Origin: an uncultured Clostridia bacterium
Lineage (GTDB): Bacteria > Bacillota > Clostridia > Christensenellales > CAG-917
Assembly (NCBI GenBank): GCA_963542015.1
Contig: CAUTUX010000006.1
Location: 1,471-65,470 of the forward strand
Length of the DNA stretch: 64,000 bases
Direction of reading: 5' to 3'
Shown: positions 28,127-40,400 of the stretch, piece by piece
Numbering within the stretch: position 1 is the first letter of the stretch
Layout: each line of letters begins with the position of its first letter
Notes under the pieces: model-generated
What the model was told of the DNA's origin: nothing
The model's database searches: none
The model's input: only the letters and a program-made list of their open reading frames with translations
Translations under genes and position numbers: made by a program

Positions 28127-29126
28127 ATGGAAGACAGTACAAGAATAATAAGCAGTATGGTGTTGGGGGAGGGTGATAAAGATTTAACCCTTAGACCACA
28201 ATCTCTTGATGAATATGTAGGGCAAGCAGCGATCAAAGATAAGATGTCTGTGTATATTACAGCAGCAAAAAATAGATCAGACGCCCTTGATCATATTTTG
28301 TTATATGGACCTCCAGGACTTGGTAAGACAACATTGGCACATGTCATAGCAAATGAAATGGGTTCTCAAATCAAAATCACTTCTGGTCCCGCAATTGAAA
28401 AGGCGGCAGATCTTGCAGCAATTTTAACCAATCTCGGGAAGGGAGATATTTTATTCATAGATGAAATTCATAGGCTTAGAAGCAACATAGAGGAAGTTCT
28501 TTATCCAGCAATGGAAGATTACAGTCTTGACTTTATTTCAGGCAAGGGAGCTATGGCTAGAAGCATCCGTATTCCTTTACAGAAATTTACTCTTGTAGGG
28601 GCAACAACGAGAGCTGGTATGTTATCCAGTCCCTTAAGAGCAAGATTTGGTATCAATGAAAGGCTTGAAATGTACAACAAAGAAGAATTGAAACAAATCA
28701 TAATCAGATCAGCTAAAATTTTAAATATAGAAATTGATAATGAATCTGCAGAAGAATTGGCGAAAAGAAGCAGAGGAACCCCAAGAATAGCAAACAGGCT
28801 TTTAAAGAGAATAAGAGATTTTGCTGAATACGATGACAAAAAGAATATAGATCTTGAAATAACTAGAAAGGCACTTTCGTTACTTGGAATAGATGATCTA
28901 GGGCTTGATAAAATAGATAATCTTATTTTAGAAACGATTATAAGTAAATTTAATGGCGGACCAGTGGGTCTTGATACCCTCGCTGCATCAACGGGTGAAG
29001 ATGCAGGTACAATAGAAGATGTCGTCGAACCATTCTTATTGCAATTGGGATTTATATCAAGAACCCCAAGGGGAAGAGAATGTACAGCACTTGCATATCA
29101 TCATTTAAAGAAAGACAAAGAGGGAC

Positions 29127-29152
<26 letters not shown>
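28127..29152 (+). CDS. ruvB: Holliday junction branch migration DNA helicase RuvB
   Basis: 341 aa with [12 protein letters not shown], Walker [12 protein letters not shown], Walker [10 protein letters not shown], and the sensor/arginine motif [11 protein letters not shown]. Confidence 0.95.
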
Positions 29153-31273
<2,121 letters not shown>

Positions 31274-31369
31274 TTAAAAATTAAACCAGCCACTTGAAGG
31301 CATTATTTTGTTGTCATAAAGGGCAAAATCATGTAGACTAGTTTACGATTAACTTTTAGGAGAAAAAAA

Positions 31370-31996
31370 ATGAACACATTATTATTAGCATTAAATGATG
31401 GAGCGAAAAAAGGTTTGATGTTTGGACTTTTAGCAGTTGTACTTGTAGGTATGATTGTTTTCTCATTCATTTCAAACAAGAAAAATAAAAAGAATCAGGC
31501 AACATTAAATTCACAGATTAAAGTCGGTGCAAGGGTAAGAACTGCAGCAGGAATGTTAGGCTATATTACACAAGTAAATGTTGATAACACAATCATTGTT
31601 AACTGTGGAACAGAAGAAGCACCAAATTTCGTTTGCATGGTAAGCCAGGCAGTTGCAGAAGTATTAGTACCAGCTCCAAAGACACCAGAAGAAATTGCTG
31701 CTGAAAAAGAAGCTGAAGAACTTATCGAAGCAAAGAAGAATGCAAAAGAAAACAAAGAAGTAAAAGAGGAAATCAAAGAAGAAAACAATGCAGAGCCTGC
31801 AGCAGTAGTTGCACCAGTTGAAGAAATTGTAGTAGAAGAAGAGATAGTTGAAATTGCAGAAGAGCCAGCAAAAGAAGAAGTAGCTGAAGAGAAAAAAGAA
31901 GAAGTAAAGACAGAAGAGAAGAAAGAAGCTCCTGCTGCAAAGAAGTCAACAGCAACAAAGAAATCAACAGCAAAAAAACCTACAGAAACAAAATAA
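31370..31996 (+). CDS. yajC: YajC-like preprotein translocase subunit with long E/K/A-rich C-terminal tail
   Basis: Single N-terminal TM segment, then the YajC core (VGARVRTAAGMLGYITQV). It sits in the conserved position after tgt. About 110 extra low-complexity residues follow the core. Confidence 0.7.
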   Translation: MNTLLLALNDGAKKGLMFGLLAVVLVGMIVFSFISNKKNKKNQATLNSQIKVGARVRTAAGMLGYITQVNVDNTIIVNCGTEEAPNFVCMVSQAVAEVLVPAPKTPEEIAAEKEAEELIEAKKNAKENKEVKEEIKEENNAEPAAVVAPVEEIVVEEEIVEIAEEPAKEEVAEEKKEEVKTEEKKEAPAAKKSTATKKSTAKKPTETK

Positions 31997-32027
31997 GCTA
32001 GAATCTAATAAAGTATGTTGTATAATT

Positions 32028-32052
32028 AAGGAGTCGTAAGACTCCTTTTTTT
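32028..32052 (+). terminator. Rho-independent terminator after yajC
   Basis: Hairpin AAGGAGTC-GTAA-GACTCCTT followed by TTTTT. Confidence 0.85.
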
Positions 32053-32066
32053 ATGAGGTAAAGCAA

Positions 32067-34046
32067 ATGGAAGAAAGAATTTATGATATTACAGATCGTT
32101 ACATTAATGAATTTAAGGACAAGCACAATAAAAATGTGGAGGAATATTTTCAAGACCTCACAAAGAAATCTGGGATTGATGTGCAGGCAAATAATAAGAC
32201 TGTTAAAGAATTTAATGAAGCAGAGTCCTTAAGCGAGAAGACATACAAGAAACTAAGGACATTAAAAGTAATTGGAATAATACAGGGCGTATTGCTTGGT
32301 ATTTTGGCACTAAACTTCATAGGATATTTAGTTATAAAAAGATTGAGTGTGTCTGAAATAGAGGAAATGTCAGAAGTGTTAGGATTTGTTGCCATACCTA
32401 TTGTTTCAATTGCCTTGCTTATTATGTTTTCAGTACTGATTGCCAAAAAGGTAAAGAAACTAAATAAAATATTTCTTGAGAGTAGTAAGATTGCAGAGGA
32501 GAAGTGTAGAGAAGCAGTATCTCAGATGCAACCTCTAAATGATTTGTTTGAAACACATACTTATCAAAAGTTGTTTACAAAAACATGGTCAATGATAACA
32601 TTTGATCCAGTTTTTGATAGTAAAAAATTCGAACTGATGTGTAAAAAATATGGTCTGTATGACAATAAAGCAAATAAGGATAGAAGTGCTCTATATGTAC
32701 AATCAGGACACATCAACGGGTCACCATTTATGATAAGTAGGGTGCGTGGCATGAAAATGGTTGATCATGTATACACGGGGTCACTGACAATACATTGGAG
32801 CGAGTATAATGGGAAAGAGTGGGTTACAAGAAGTGAGACACTTCATGCCAGTTTAATCAAGCCAGTTGCAAAATATAGTGAAACTAACTCAATTGTATTT
32901 GCAAGTGAAGCAATGCCAAACCTCAGCTTTAGCAGACGACCAAATGCAAAGAATTTATCATTGATGAATGAGAAAAAATACGAAAAATATATTCACAAAC
33001 AAGAAAAAGAACTTAATAAATATTCTGAGAGACAGACAAAGGCAGGTCGTGATTTTACACCATTGTCAAATACAGAGTTTGAGATAATTTTTGGAGCACT
33101 AAATAGAGATAATGAACATGAATTCAGAATGTTTGCAACGCCACAAACACAAGTTGAAATGAAAAAAATGATAGTTGGCACAAAAGCGGGAATACCATAT
33201 GATGACTTTGATTTTGAAAAATATAAAATGCTTACAAAAATAACAACTAGAACTTTACAAAGAACAGACATATCAAGTGAGCCTTTAGATTTTAGTGGTG
33301 CCGATTATGAAGAAGTTAAGAGAAGGTTTATTAAACTTAATAATGAATATTTCTATGGTATTTATTTTGCATTTGCACCTATATTAGCTGTAAATGCATA
33401 TCAAGATACAAAGTCAGCAGAGTATATTTATAAAGATGTGTATGGGACAAAATTCTGCAACTGGCAACATGAAGCAATTGCCAATGCATTCGCAAATAGC
33501 GATCTTGCCCATGAGGATTGCAAAACAAAATGTATAGTAAAAACAGAAGCATTCCATACAAATAAATACGGAGATGGAATAAAGGCAACAGCTTATGGGT
33601 TTAATGTAGTTCCAAGAGTAACTGAAATTGCAGTGTACGGCGGGGATGGGCGTTATCACAATGTTCCTGTTTATTGGGATGAATATATTCCTGTTGAAAA
33701 AACAAGCACGATAGGAGTAATGGAATCGCAGCTTACAATACCTGAATATAGGAATGTAATGAAAGAGAATGAGGAAAACAAGCAGATACTAAAAAAATCT
33801 AGATCTGCCATGTCAAACTCATTATTTGCACTTTTATTTAAAGATGAAGTATCAGATTCAGAGCTAGGCAAAACTTTAAAAAGCACATATCCTGTTATAA
33901 ACAAAGTAGAGCTACCTAAAATAGAAACTTTAGATGATCTTAAGAATGGATTGAAAAAAGGAGATAAAGAAGTCACTGAGGAATTTGAAGATCGTTTAGA
34001 GGAGCTTGTTGAATCACTCGATGTAGATGAAACGGATGCAGAGTAA
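32067..34046 (+). CDS. Membrane protein of unknown function, possibly DUF3137-like (LemA-associated)
   Basis: 659 aa with two N-terminal TM helices (about aa 67-90 and 103-127) and a large soluble domain. The segment PLSNTEFEIIFGALNRDNEHEFRMFATPQTQVEMKKM resembles the DUF3137 core as I remember it. A LemA gene follows immediately. Confidence 0.4.
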   Translation: MEERIYDITDRYINEFKDKHNKNVEEYFQDLTKKSGIDVQANNKTVKEFNEAESLSEKTYKKLRTLKVIGIIQGVLLGILALNFIGYLVIKRLSVSEIEEMSEVLGFVAIPIVSIALLIMFSVLIAKKVKKLNKIFLESSKIAEEKCREAVSQMQPLNDLFETHTYQKLFTKTWSMITFDPVFDSKKFELMCKKYGLYDNKANKDRSALYVQSGHINGSPFMISRVRGMKMVDHVYTGSLTIHWSEYNGKEWVTRSETLHASLIKPVAKYSETNSIVFASEAMPNLSFSRRPNAKNLSLMNEKKYEKYIHKQEKELNKYSERQTKAGRDFTPLSNTEFEIIFGALNRDNEHEFRMFATPQTQVEMKKMIVGTKAGIPYDDFDFEKYKMLTKITTRTLQRTDISSEPLDFSGADYEEVKRRFIKLNNEYFYGIYFAFAPILAVNAYQDTKSAEYIYKDVYGTKFCNWQHEAIANAFANSDLAHEDCKTKCIVKTEAFHTNKYGDGIKATAYGFNVVPRVTEIAVYGGDGRYHNVPVYWDEYIPVEKTSTIGVMESQLTIPEYRNVMKENEENKQILKKSRSAMSNSLFALLFKDEVSDSELGKTLKSTYPVINKVELPKIETLDDLKNGLKKGDKEVTEEFEDRLEELVESLDVDETDAE

Positions 34047-34105
34047 TAATTTGATAAAAAAGCGCGTAAGTAGTATATTTAATGCATTGAAACAAGGAGA
34101 TAATT

Positions 34106-34789
34106 ATGGCAAACGAATTAAATGAAATGACAGCACAACCAAATAGTGCGGGTAGAGATTTATTTGTAATAGAAAAACAAATTCCAGTAAAGGTAACAAA
34201 ATGGTCGGCAGTATTTCAGTTTTTCCTGTGGTTCCCATTTATAATCCCAGGACTAATATTTGTGTTTAAAAAGCAAAAGGCAAAAGAAAGGCTTGCGACA
34301 TTAGAACAGAATTTACAAGTAAAAGCATCAACAGTAGATAATTATCTAGAACAGAGAGTTGTAGTATTAAAAAATGTAGTTGGACTCGTTGAAAAAGCAA
34401 CAAAATTAGATAAGGATACATTTACTGCTATTGCAGCATTGAGAAGTGGGGTAAGACCAACTGCACCAGAGGGAAATGAAGATGCCACAAGAAACATTTT
34501 ATCAAATCAAATAGACAATGGATTTAGAGAAATAAATGTAGCTTTTGAAAGATATCCTGAATTAAAATCGATGGCTGTTATCGCAGATGCTATGCAACAG
34601 AACATAAGCCTTCAAAGAGAGATTACAGCTGCAAGAGATTTGTATAATGATGCAGTTCATCAGTGGAATAAAGAGATACAAGAATGGCCAGCAAAGAGAA
34701 TTGTAGCAGCAAAAGCAGGCTATACAACAAGAGTACCTTTCTCAGCATCACAAGAAATCAAAGATCAAGCAAGAGAAACTTTCTTTTAA
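34106..34789 (+). CDS. lemA: LemA family protein
   Basis: 227 aa with one TM segment (FQFFLWFPFIIPGLIFVF). LemA-type helical repeats end in REITAARDLYNDAVHQWNKEIQEWPAKRI. Confidence 0.8.
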   Translation: MANELNEMTAQPNSAGRDLFVIEKQIPVKVTKWSAVFQFFLWFPFIIPGLIFVFKKQKAKERLATLEQNLQVKASTVDNYLEQRVVVLKNVVGLVEKATKLDKDTFTAIAALRSGVRPTAPEGNEDATRNILSNQIDNGFREINVAFERYPELKSMAVIADAMQQNISLQREITAARDLYNDAVHQWNKEIQEWPAKRIVAAKAGYTTRVPFSASQEIKDQARETFF

Positions 34790-34823
34790 ATCTATAACTG
34801 TTGACTGAATAAGTAATTAAAAC

Positions 34824-35840
34824 ATGAAAAAGTGGAATTTTAGCAACTTATCCAAAATCACCGTGGGTGAGACGGATTTCAGCGGAGTTGATAACGGTAT
34901 TAAAGTCAAGATGAGACAGGTTTTGCTGTCTAGACTTGACTTAGAATCCATTAAGGCGAAAAACGGCATAAAGACTATTGGTACTTGTGGAATAGGAATT
35001 ATTGCAGTTGATGCCAATAATGAACTTGATCCGCTTGTAGAGGAAGCTTTAACAAACGAATACAACACTATGGATGAGAGCCTACATCTGGGCAGAAAAG
35101 TTCTTATCAATCCATATTTAAAGAAGAGCAATGGCTCATTATCTATATTGGGTGTAAACGAGCAAGGTCTATTTGCAGATTTTATTTCTATACCTGAGGA
35201 AAATCTTACCATCCAACTTAATTCAATGAGTGATGATGAGGCATTGTTTGTTCCATATGTAGCTGTGGCGTTGAATATTTTTGATAGTATTGATAGCGAG
35301 AAGGGTGAGACAATAGTCATTGTGTCTTCCAACGCTATGGGTCTGATAATGGCTCAAATTGCGAGATATTACCAAATGATACCGATTTTAATTTCATCAA
35401 ATCCCGATATATTAGAAAAAGCTAAAGAACTTGGAATTTATTTTTGTCATGATAGCAAAAATGACGATATTGAAAAAGAAGTTTTACAAGACACATCAGC
35501 CAGAATGGGTGACTATGTTGCATATTTGTACGATGACGAATATGCATACCAAAAGAGCTTAAAATTATTAAAACATGGTGGAATATCAGTAGCTGCATGC
35601 GTCACGGGTATCCCTAACGCTGGAATTAAAAGCATGTCGGATGTCATTGAAAATGAAATAAGAATTGTTCCAATTAACAACGGATGCAAGCAATATACTT
35701 CTGCAATAAACTTATTAGCTACAAAAGTTGTTAATGTCGAAGGACTTATTAAAGAGCATATAGATAGTGAGGGAATTCAAGATGCAATTACCAGATTTGC
35801 GAATGGCGATAATTCTCTAATAGCGGTCAAAATAAAATAA
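34824..35840 (+). CDS. Medium-chain dehydrogenase/reductase-like protein with degenerate cofactor and zinc motifs
   Basis: 338 aa with overall MDR (GroES-like plus Rossmann) layout. The dinucleotide-binding glycine motif reads VSSNAMG instead of GxGxxG. The usual Cys/His zinc ligands are not recognisable. Confidence 0.5.
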   Translation: MKKWNFSNLSKITVGETDFSGVDNGIKVKMRQVLLSRLDLESIKAKNGIKTIGTCGIGIIAVDANNELDPLVEEALTNEYNTMDESLHLGRKVLINPYLKKSNGSLSILGVNEQGLFADFISIPEENLTIQLNSMSDDEALFVPYVAVALNIFDSIDSEKGETIVIVSSNAMGLIMAQIARYYQMIPILISSNPDILEKAKELGIYFCHDSKNDDIEKEVLQDTSARMGDYVAYLYDDEYAYQKSLKLLKHGGISVAACVTGIPNAGIKSMSDVIENEIRIVPINNGCKQYTSAINLLATKVVNVEGLIKEHIDSEGIQDAITRFANGDNSLIAVKIK

Positions 35841-35841
35841 T

Positions 35842-36375
35842 TTATTCAATTAGAAGTTCATATATTGTGCTGTATGTTTGAGAGGCTTTTTCTCTCCACA
35901 TTTTGTATACATACTTTGCAGTCTGTCTGTTTGGAACATTAAGTTTTAAATCCATAATGCTGTCAACATCTCCCATAATTTTTAACCTGGTTGTATATGT
36001 TCCATCCATATTTTTTGAGTAGTCTGCAATATATGTCTGAGACTGTTTTAATTGTAGTCTATGGTCACGACAGTATTCAGTTATTCCTTCTCTCAAAGAG
36101 GCAGGTAAATCTTTATAGAATTGTGAAATACACTCACTGCCTTCTTTTGAAATACTGACTTTTGTTGTTTTTTTCACTTTAAACACAAGATTTGTTTCTA
36201 GAAGTTCAGAAAGAGCCTGTCTGCAATCTACATATGTTATCCAATTGTTTTCAACCGCTAAAATTTGAGCAACAGTTTCTTCTTCAATTGCAATGCCCAT
36301 TTTGTCAAAAAGCATGAGGATTGCCAGTTTAGTGTCTCTGTTATCAAGGGTATATAAACATTTTTCGTCAGTCAT
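35842..36375 (-). CDS. Hypothetical protein, DUF4364-like (putative winged-helix regulator)
   Basis: 177 aa. The size and N-terminal pattern (LDNRDTKLAILMLFDKMG ... EETVAQIL) resemble the DUF4364 family seen in Clostridia. This assignment is from memory only. Confidence 0.35.
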   Translation of the reverse strand: MTDEKCLYTLDNRDTKLAILMLFDKMGIAIEEETVAQILAVENNWITYVDCRQALSELLETNLVFKVKKTTKVSISKEGSECISQFYKDLPASLREGITEYCRDHRLQLKQSQTYIADYSKNMDGTYTTRLKIMGDVDSIMDLKLNVPNRQTAKYVYKMWREKASQTYSTIYELLIE

Positions 36376-36593
36376 AGTACTGAAACTTTACAGGGTTTTA
36401 AGACATATTGCAATTTATATATTGAGAATATATTTTAAACACAAGAAGTAGTATATGGGTAACTTGTTAGACACAATATATTGATGGAGTAAAAAGAAAG
36501 AGGGAATTAACTCGAATGGAGATGCAACTTAAACTGGTTAGAGTAACAGCTATTTTTTTGTTACGATACAGCGATTGTGCTAGAATTGTAGGC

Positions 36594-37427
36594 ATGAAAG
36601 AAAAAAGCATCCAATTAGTTTGTAAAATAGGTTCAATGGCTCTTATAAACAAAGAATACAACGATATCGACTACAACATCATATCGAGGTTGTCTCGTGA
36701 ATTAAAACCAGGATATATATTGGTTACCTCTGGTGCTGTTGAAACTGGCAAACTTGATTATATAAAACGAAATGGAACAACGCTTAATGGAACTGACGAA
36801 GAGAATAAAACAGATTATGCGGCACAGGGTCAGTCAATATTAATGCAAACGTATAGACAGTATATAGATAGCAGATATAGCGTACGACAACTTCTCATTG
36901 AACATTCAAACTTTAATGATGATATAAAAAGAAAGCACTTAAAAGAATTTTTAACGAGAGCCCCAAAGCAAAATGCCATACCTATAGTTAACTATAATGA
37001 TGCTGTAAGTTATGAAGAAAACAGAAGGCACGAGCTGATTGATTACAAGAAAAAAAATGACGGTAGAGCAATTGAATGTATAGATAATGACGAAACAGCA
37101 GCCCAAATTGCTTGTCTTGTTGAATGTGAGACATTGGTAATACTTTCAACGACTGATGGCATTTACAAGGATCATTTAAATGCAGATACATTAATTGAGG
37201 AAGTTTCGGATACAAATATTGATAGACTTTTGGCAAAAATAGAAGAAATGAGAAAGGGATGTAGCGGTTCATCAAGAGAAGGGGCAAACGGTGCAGGAGC
37301 AAAGCTTGAATATATAAAAGATGCAGTTAAACAGGGTATAAAGGTAATAATTGCATCAAGTAAATACTCACTCAATGACATTATAGATGGCACAGTAAAA
37401 TCAACTAAAATATTTCTAAAGAAATAA
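36594..37427 (+). CDS. Amino-acid kinase family protein (glutamate 5-kinase-like, no PUA domain)
   Basis: KIGSMAL, LVTSGAVETG, AAQGQSILMQTY, IPIVNYNDAV, DNDETAAQIA and ILSTTDGIY parallel ProB motifs. No proA is adjacent. The ATG at 36594 is preferred over the track start 36516. Confidence 0.6.
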   Translation: MKEKSIQLVCKIGSMALINKEYNDIDYNIISRLSRELKPGYILVTSGAVETGKLDYIKRNGTTLNGTDEENKTDYAAQGQSILMQTYRQYIDSRYSVRQLLIEHSNFNDDIKRKHLKEFLTRAPKQNAIPIVNYNDAVSYEENRRHELIDYKKKNDGRAIECIDNDETAAQIACLVECETLVILSTTDGIYKDHLNADTLIEEVSDTNIDRLLAKIEEMRKGCSGSSREGANGAGAKLEYIKDAVKQGIKVIIASSKYSLNDIIDGTVKSTKIFLKK

Positions 37428-37450
37428 TCAGATAACAGTATTAAATACAA

Positions 37451-37479
37451 GATGTGATTCTTATTTAAGAACCACATCT
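37451..37479. terminator. Bidirectional terminator hairpin between the kinase gene and PFOR
   Basis: GATGTGATTCT-TATTTAA-GAACCACATC, about an 11-bp stem with one mismatch/wobble and AT-rich flanks on both sides. Confidence 0.6.
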
Positions 37480-37489
37480 AAATTATTTG

Positions 37490-40400
37490 TTATTCTACTT
37501 TTGGAGCACCTTTTAACATTTCAGCTTTTTTCTTGTAAAACTCTCTCTTTTGAGCAGCCTCAGCTTCATTTTCAGCAAATAAGACTTTTGCTGTTTCTGG
37601 GTTCTGCTTTGCGAGTGATGCATATCTATTTTCACCCATCAAGAATTCTGAATAGTCGGCACTTGGGTCTTTACTATCAATTGTTAGTGGTGACTTTTCG
37701 GTTCCTAACAAATCAGGATTGTACCTAAATAATTGCCAGTATCCGCTGTCTACAGCTTTCTTCATTTCAAGTTGAGATTTTGACATATTAATACCATGAC
37801 TGATACAAGGAGCATATGCGATTATGATGGATGTTCCTTTATATGCTTCAGCTTCTGCAAAAGCCTTAACAACTTGATTCATATCAGCACCCATTGAGAC
37901 TTGAGCAACATATACATTGCCGTAGTCCATAGCTAGGGAAGCTAAATCTTTCTTTTTTGTTCTTTTTCCAGTAGCAGCGAATTTAGCTGTAGCACCTGTT
38001 GGGGTTGATTTTGAAGCCTGGCCACCAGTATTTGAATAAACTTCTGTATCAAGAACAAGAATGTTTACATCATCTCCGCTAGCCAGCACATGGTCAACAC
38101 CGTTATAGCCAATATCATAAGCCCATCCATCACCACCAATGATCCAAACTGATTTTTTAACGAACAAATCTGAAGCTTTTTCAACAGTTCCTAATAAAGT
38201 TTTCAAGGAACCTTTGGCAACTTTCTTTTCTGCTTTAACGGCAGATTCAAGCGTCTTAGAAGCATTCTTTGATAAATTGCCATCATTTTTAACTTCAAGC
38301 CATCCGTTAATTGCATCTTTTAGTTCTTGCGAGATAGCCTCATTAGTAAGCTCTTTAAGAATGTCAGCAAGTACATTTCTTCTTTGTTCAAAAGCAATAC
38401 TCATTCCGTATCCGAATTCAGCATTGTCTTCAAATAATGAGTTTGCCCACGCTGGACCATTTCCTTCATCATTTGTTGTATATGGACATGTAGGAGCAGA
38501 TCCGCCATAGATAGACGAACAACCAGTTGCGTTAGCGATTACCATTCTATCTCCAAACAGTTGGGTAATTAATTTAACATATGGAGTCTCACCGCAGCCT
38601 GCACATGCTCCAGAAAATTCAAATAGAGGTTTTTTAAACTGACTGTTTTTAACATTGTTTGCATTAAAATCAGCAGTGGTTTCTTTTAGAGATTGAGAAT
38701 ATTCCCAATTTTTTGCTTCTTGTTTTATTACTTTCTCTGTAGGCTCAAGAGTCAATGCTTTCTCTTTTGCAGGGCAAACAAATACACAGTTGCCACAACC
38801 AGTACAGTCAAAAGGACTTACTTGAATTCTATATTCATATTCTTTAAAACCTGCAGCTGGTTTAGTTGTGAAACTTGCTGGTTTCTTTTTCATTTCATCG
38901 GCTTTTGCAAGAACAGGACGAATTGCAGCATGAGGACATACAAGAGAACAGCGGTTACACTGAATACATTTTGAAATATCCCAGGTTGGAACGCTCACAG
39001 CAATTCCACGTTTTTCAAACTTTGTTGTTCCTGTAGGTACAACGCCAGCAGGATCAAAAGCAGATACTGGTAATTTGTCTCCTTCTTGACTTGTTATAGG
39101 AGATATGAATGTTTTGAAGTATTTGTCATTTGGAACAGGGAGCGGAGCAGCACCTTCTGTTGTAGTTTCCCAAGATTGTGGATAATCAATCTTTTGTAAA
39201 TTTTTAATTGCATTATCAACGCAAGCAATATTCATTGCAACAACAGCATCACCTTTCTTGCCATATGTTTTTTTAATTGCTGCCTTCATAAATTCTTCAG
39301 CTGTCTCATATGGGATTACTTTCGATAGGAAGAAGAACGCAGCTTGCATTACAGTATTAACGCCTTTCTTAGCCCCAATTTCATCTATAACCTTTTGTCC
39401 ATCAAGGTTGTAGAAATTTATTTTCTTTGTGGCGATTTGTCTTTTAACAGCAGCAGGGAGCTTGCTTTCCATTTCTTCAACAGACCATTGAGAGTTGAGA
39501 AGGAAAGTGCCATTTTCTTTAAGGTCGCTCAACATATCATATCTCAGTACATATGATTCGTTATGACATGCTACGAAGTCAGCTTGGTCAATTAAATAGG
39601 TACTCCTTATAAGCTTATCTGAAAAACGAAGGTGAGATATTGTTATACCACCAGATTTCTTTGAATCATAGGCAAAATATCCTTGAACATATTTATTGGT
39701 ATTATCACCAATGATTTTGATTGAGTTCTTGTTCGCACCGACGGTACCGTCTGAACCAAGACCATAAAATTTACATGAAATCGTTGATGCATCGGATGCG
39801 TCAATCTTTTCTTTAACTTCAAGAGATTTGAAAGTTACATCATCGTTGATACCAACCGTGAAGTGGTCAATCTTATCTTTAAGCATATTTTCGTAAATTA
39901 CATTGACCATAGAAGGGTTGAATTCTTTACTTCCCAATCCATATCTACCAGCAAGAACATCTATGTTTTTATTCTTTGCCTTAAGTGCAGCAACAACATC
40001 AAGATATAAAGGGTCGCCAAGAGCACCTGGTTCTTTTGTTCTGTCAAGAACAGTGATGCATTTTACAGTTTCTGGTATAGCATTAATAAACGCATCAACT
40101 GGGAATGGACGATATAATCTAATTTTAATAAGACCTACATTTTCACCCTTATTTTTATAGTAGTCTACAGTTTCTTCAACGGCTTCAGCACCGCTGCCCA
40201 TTAGTACGATAACTCTGTCTGCATTTTGTGCTCCGTAATAGTCAACGAGATTATATTTCCTACCTGTTAGGTCTCCAACTTTATTCATCATTTCTTGAAC
40301 GATAGCCGGCACAGCATCATAATATTTATTTGAAGCCTCTCTGTTCTGGAAGAATATGTCTGGGTTCTGGGCAGTACCAGTTTGATGAGGATGTGAAGGA

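Noticed and set aside
31773-31973. Leu-rich 66-aa minus-strand ORF
   Set aside because: It is an antisense artefact of the GAA/AAG-rich tract encoding the acidic tail of YajC.
34817-35332. 171-aa minus-strand ORF overlapping the MDR-like gene
   Set aside because: It is antisense to the longer 338-aa ORF, which has MDR layout and sits in a plus-strand gene run. The antisense product has Ser-rich low complexity.
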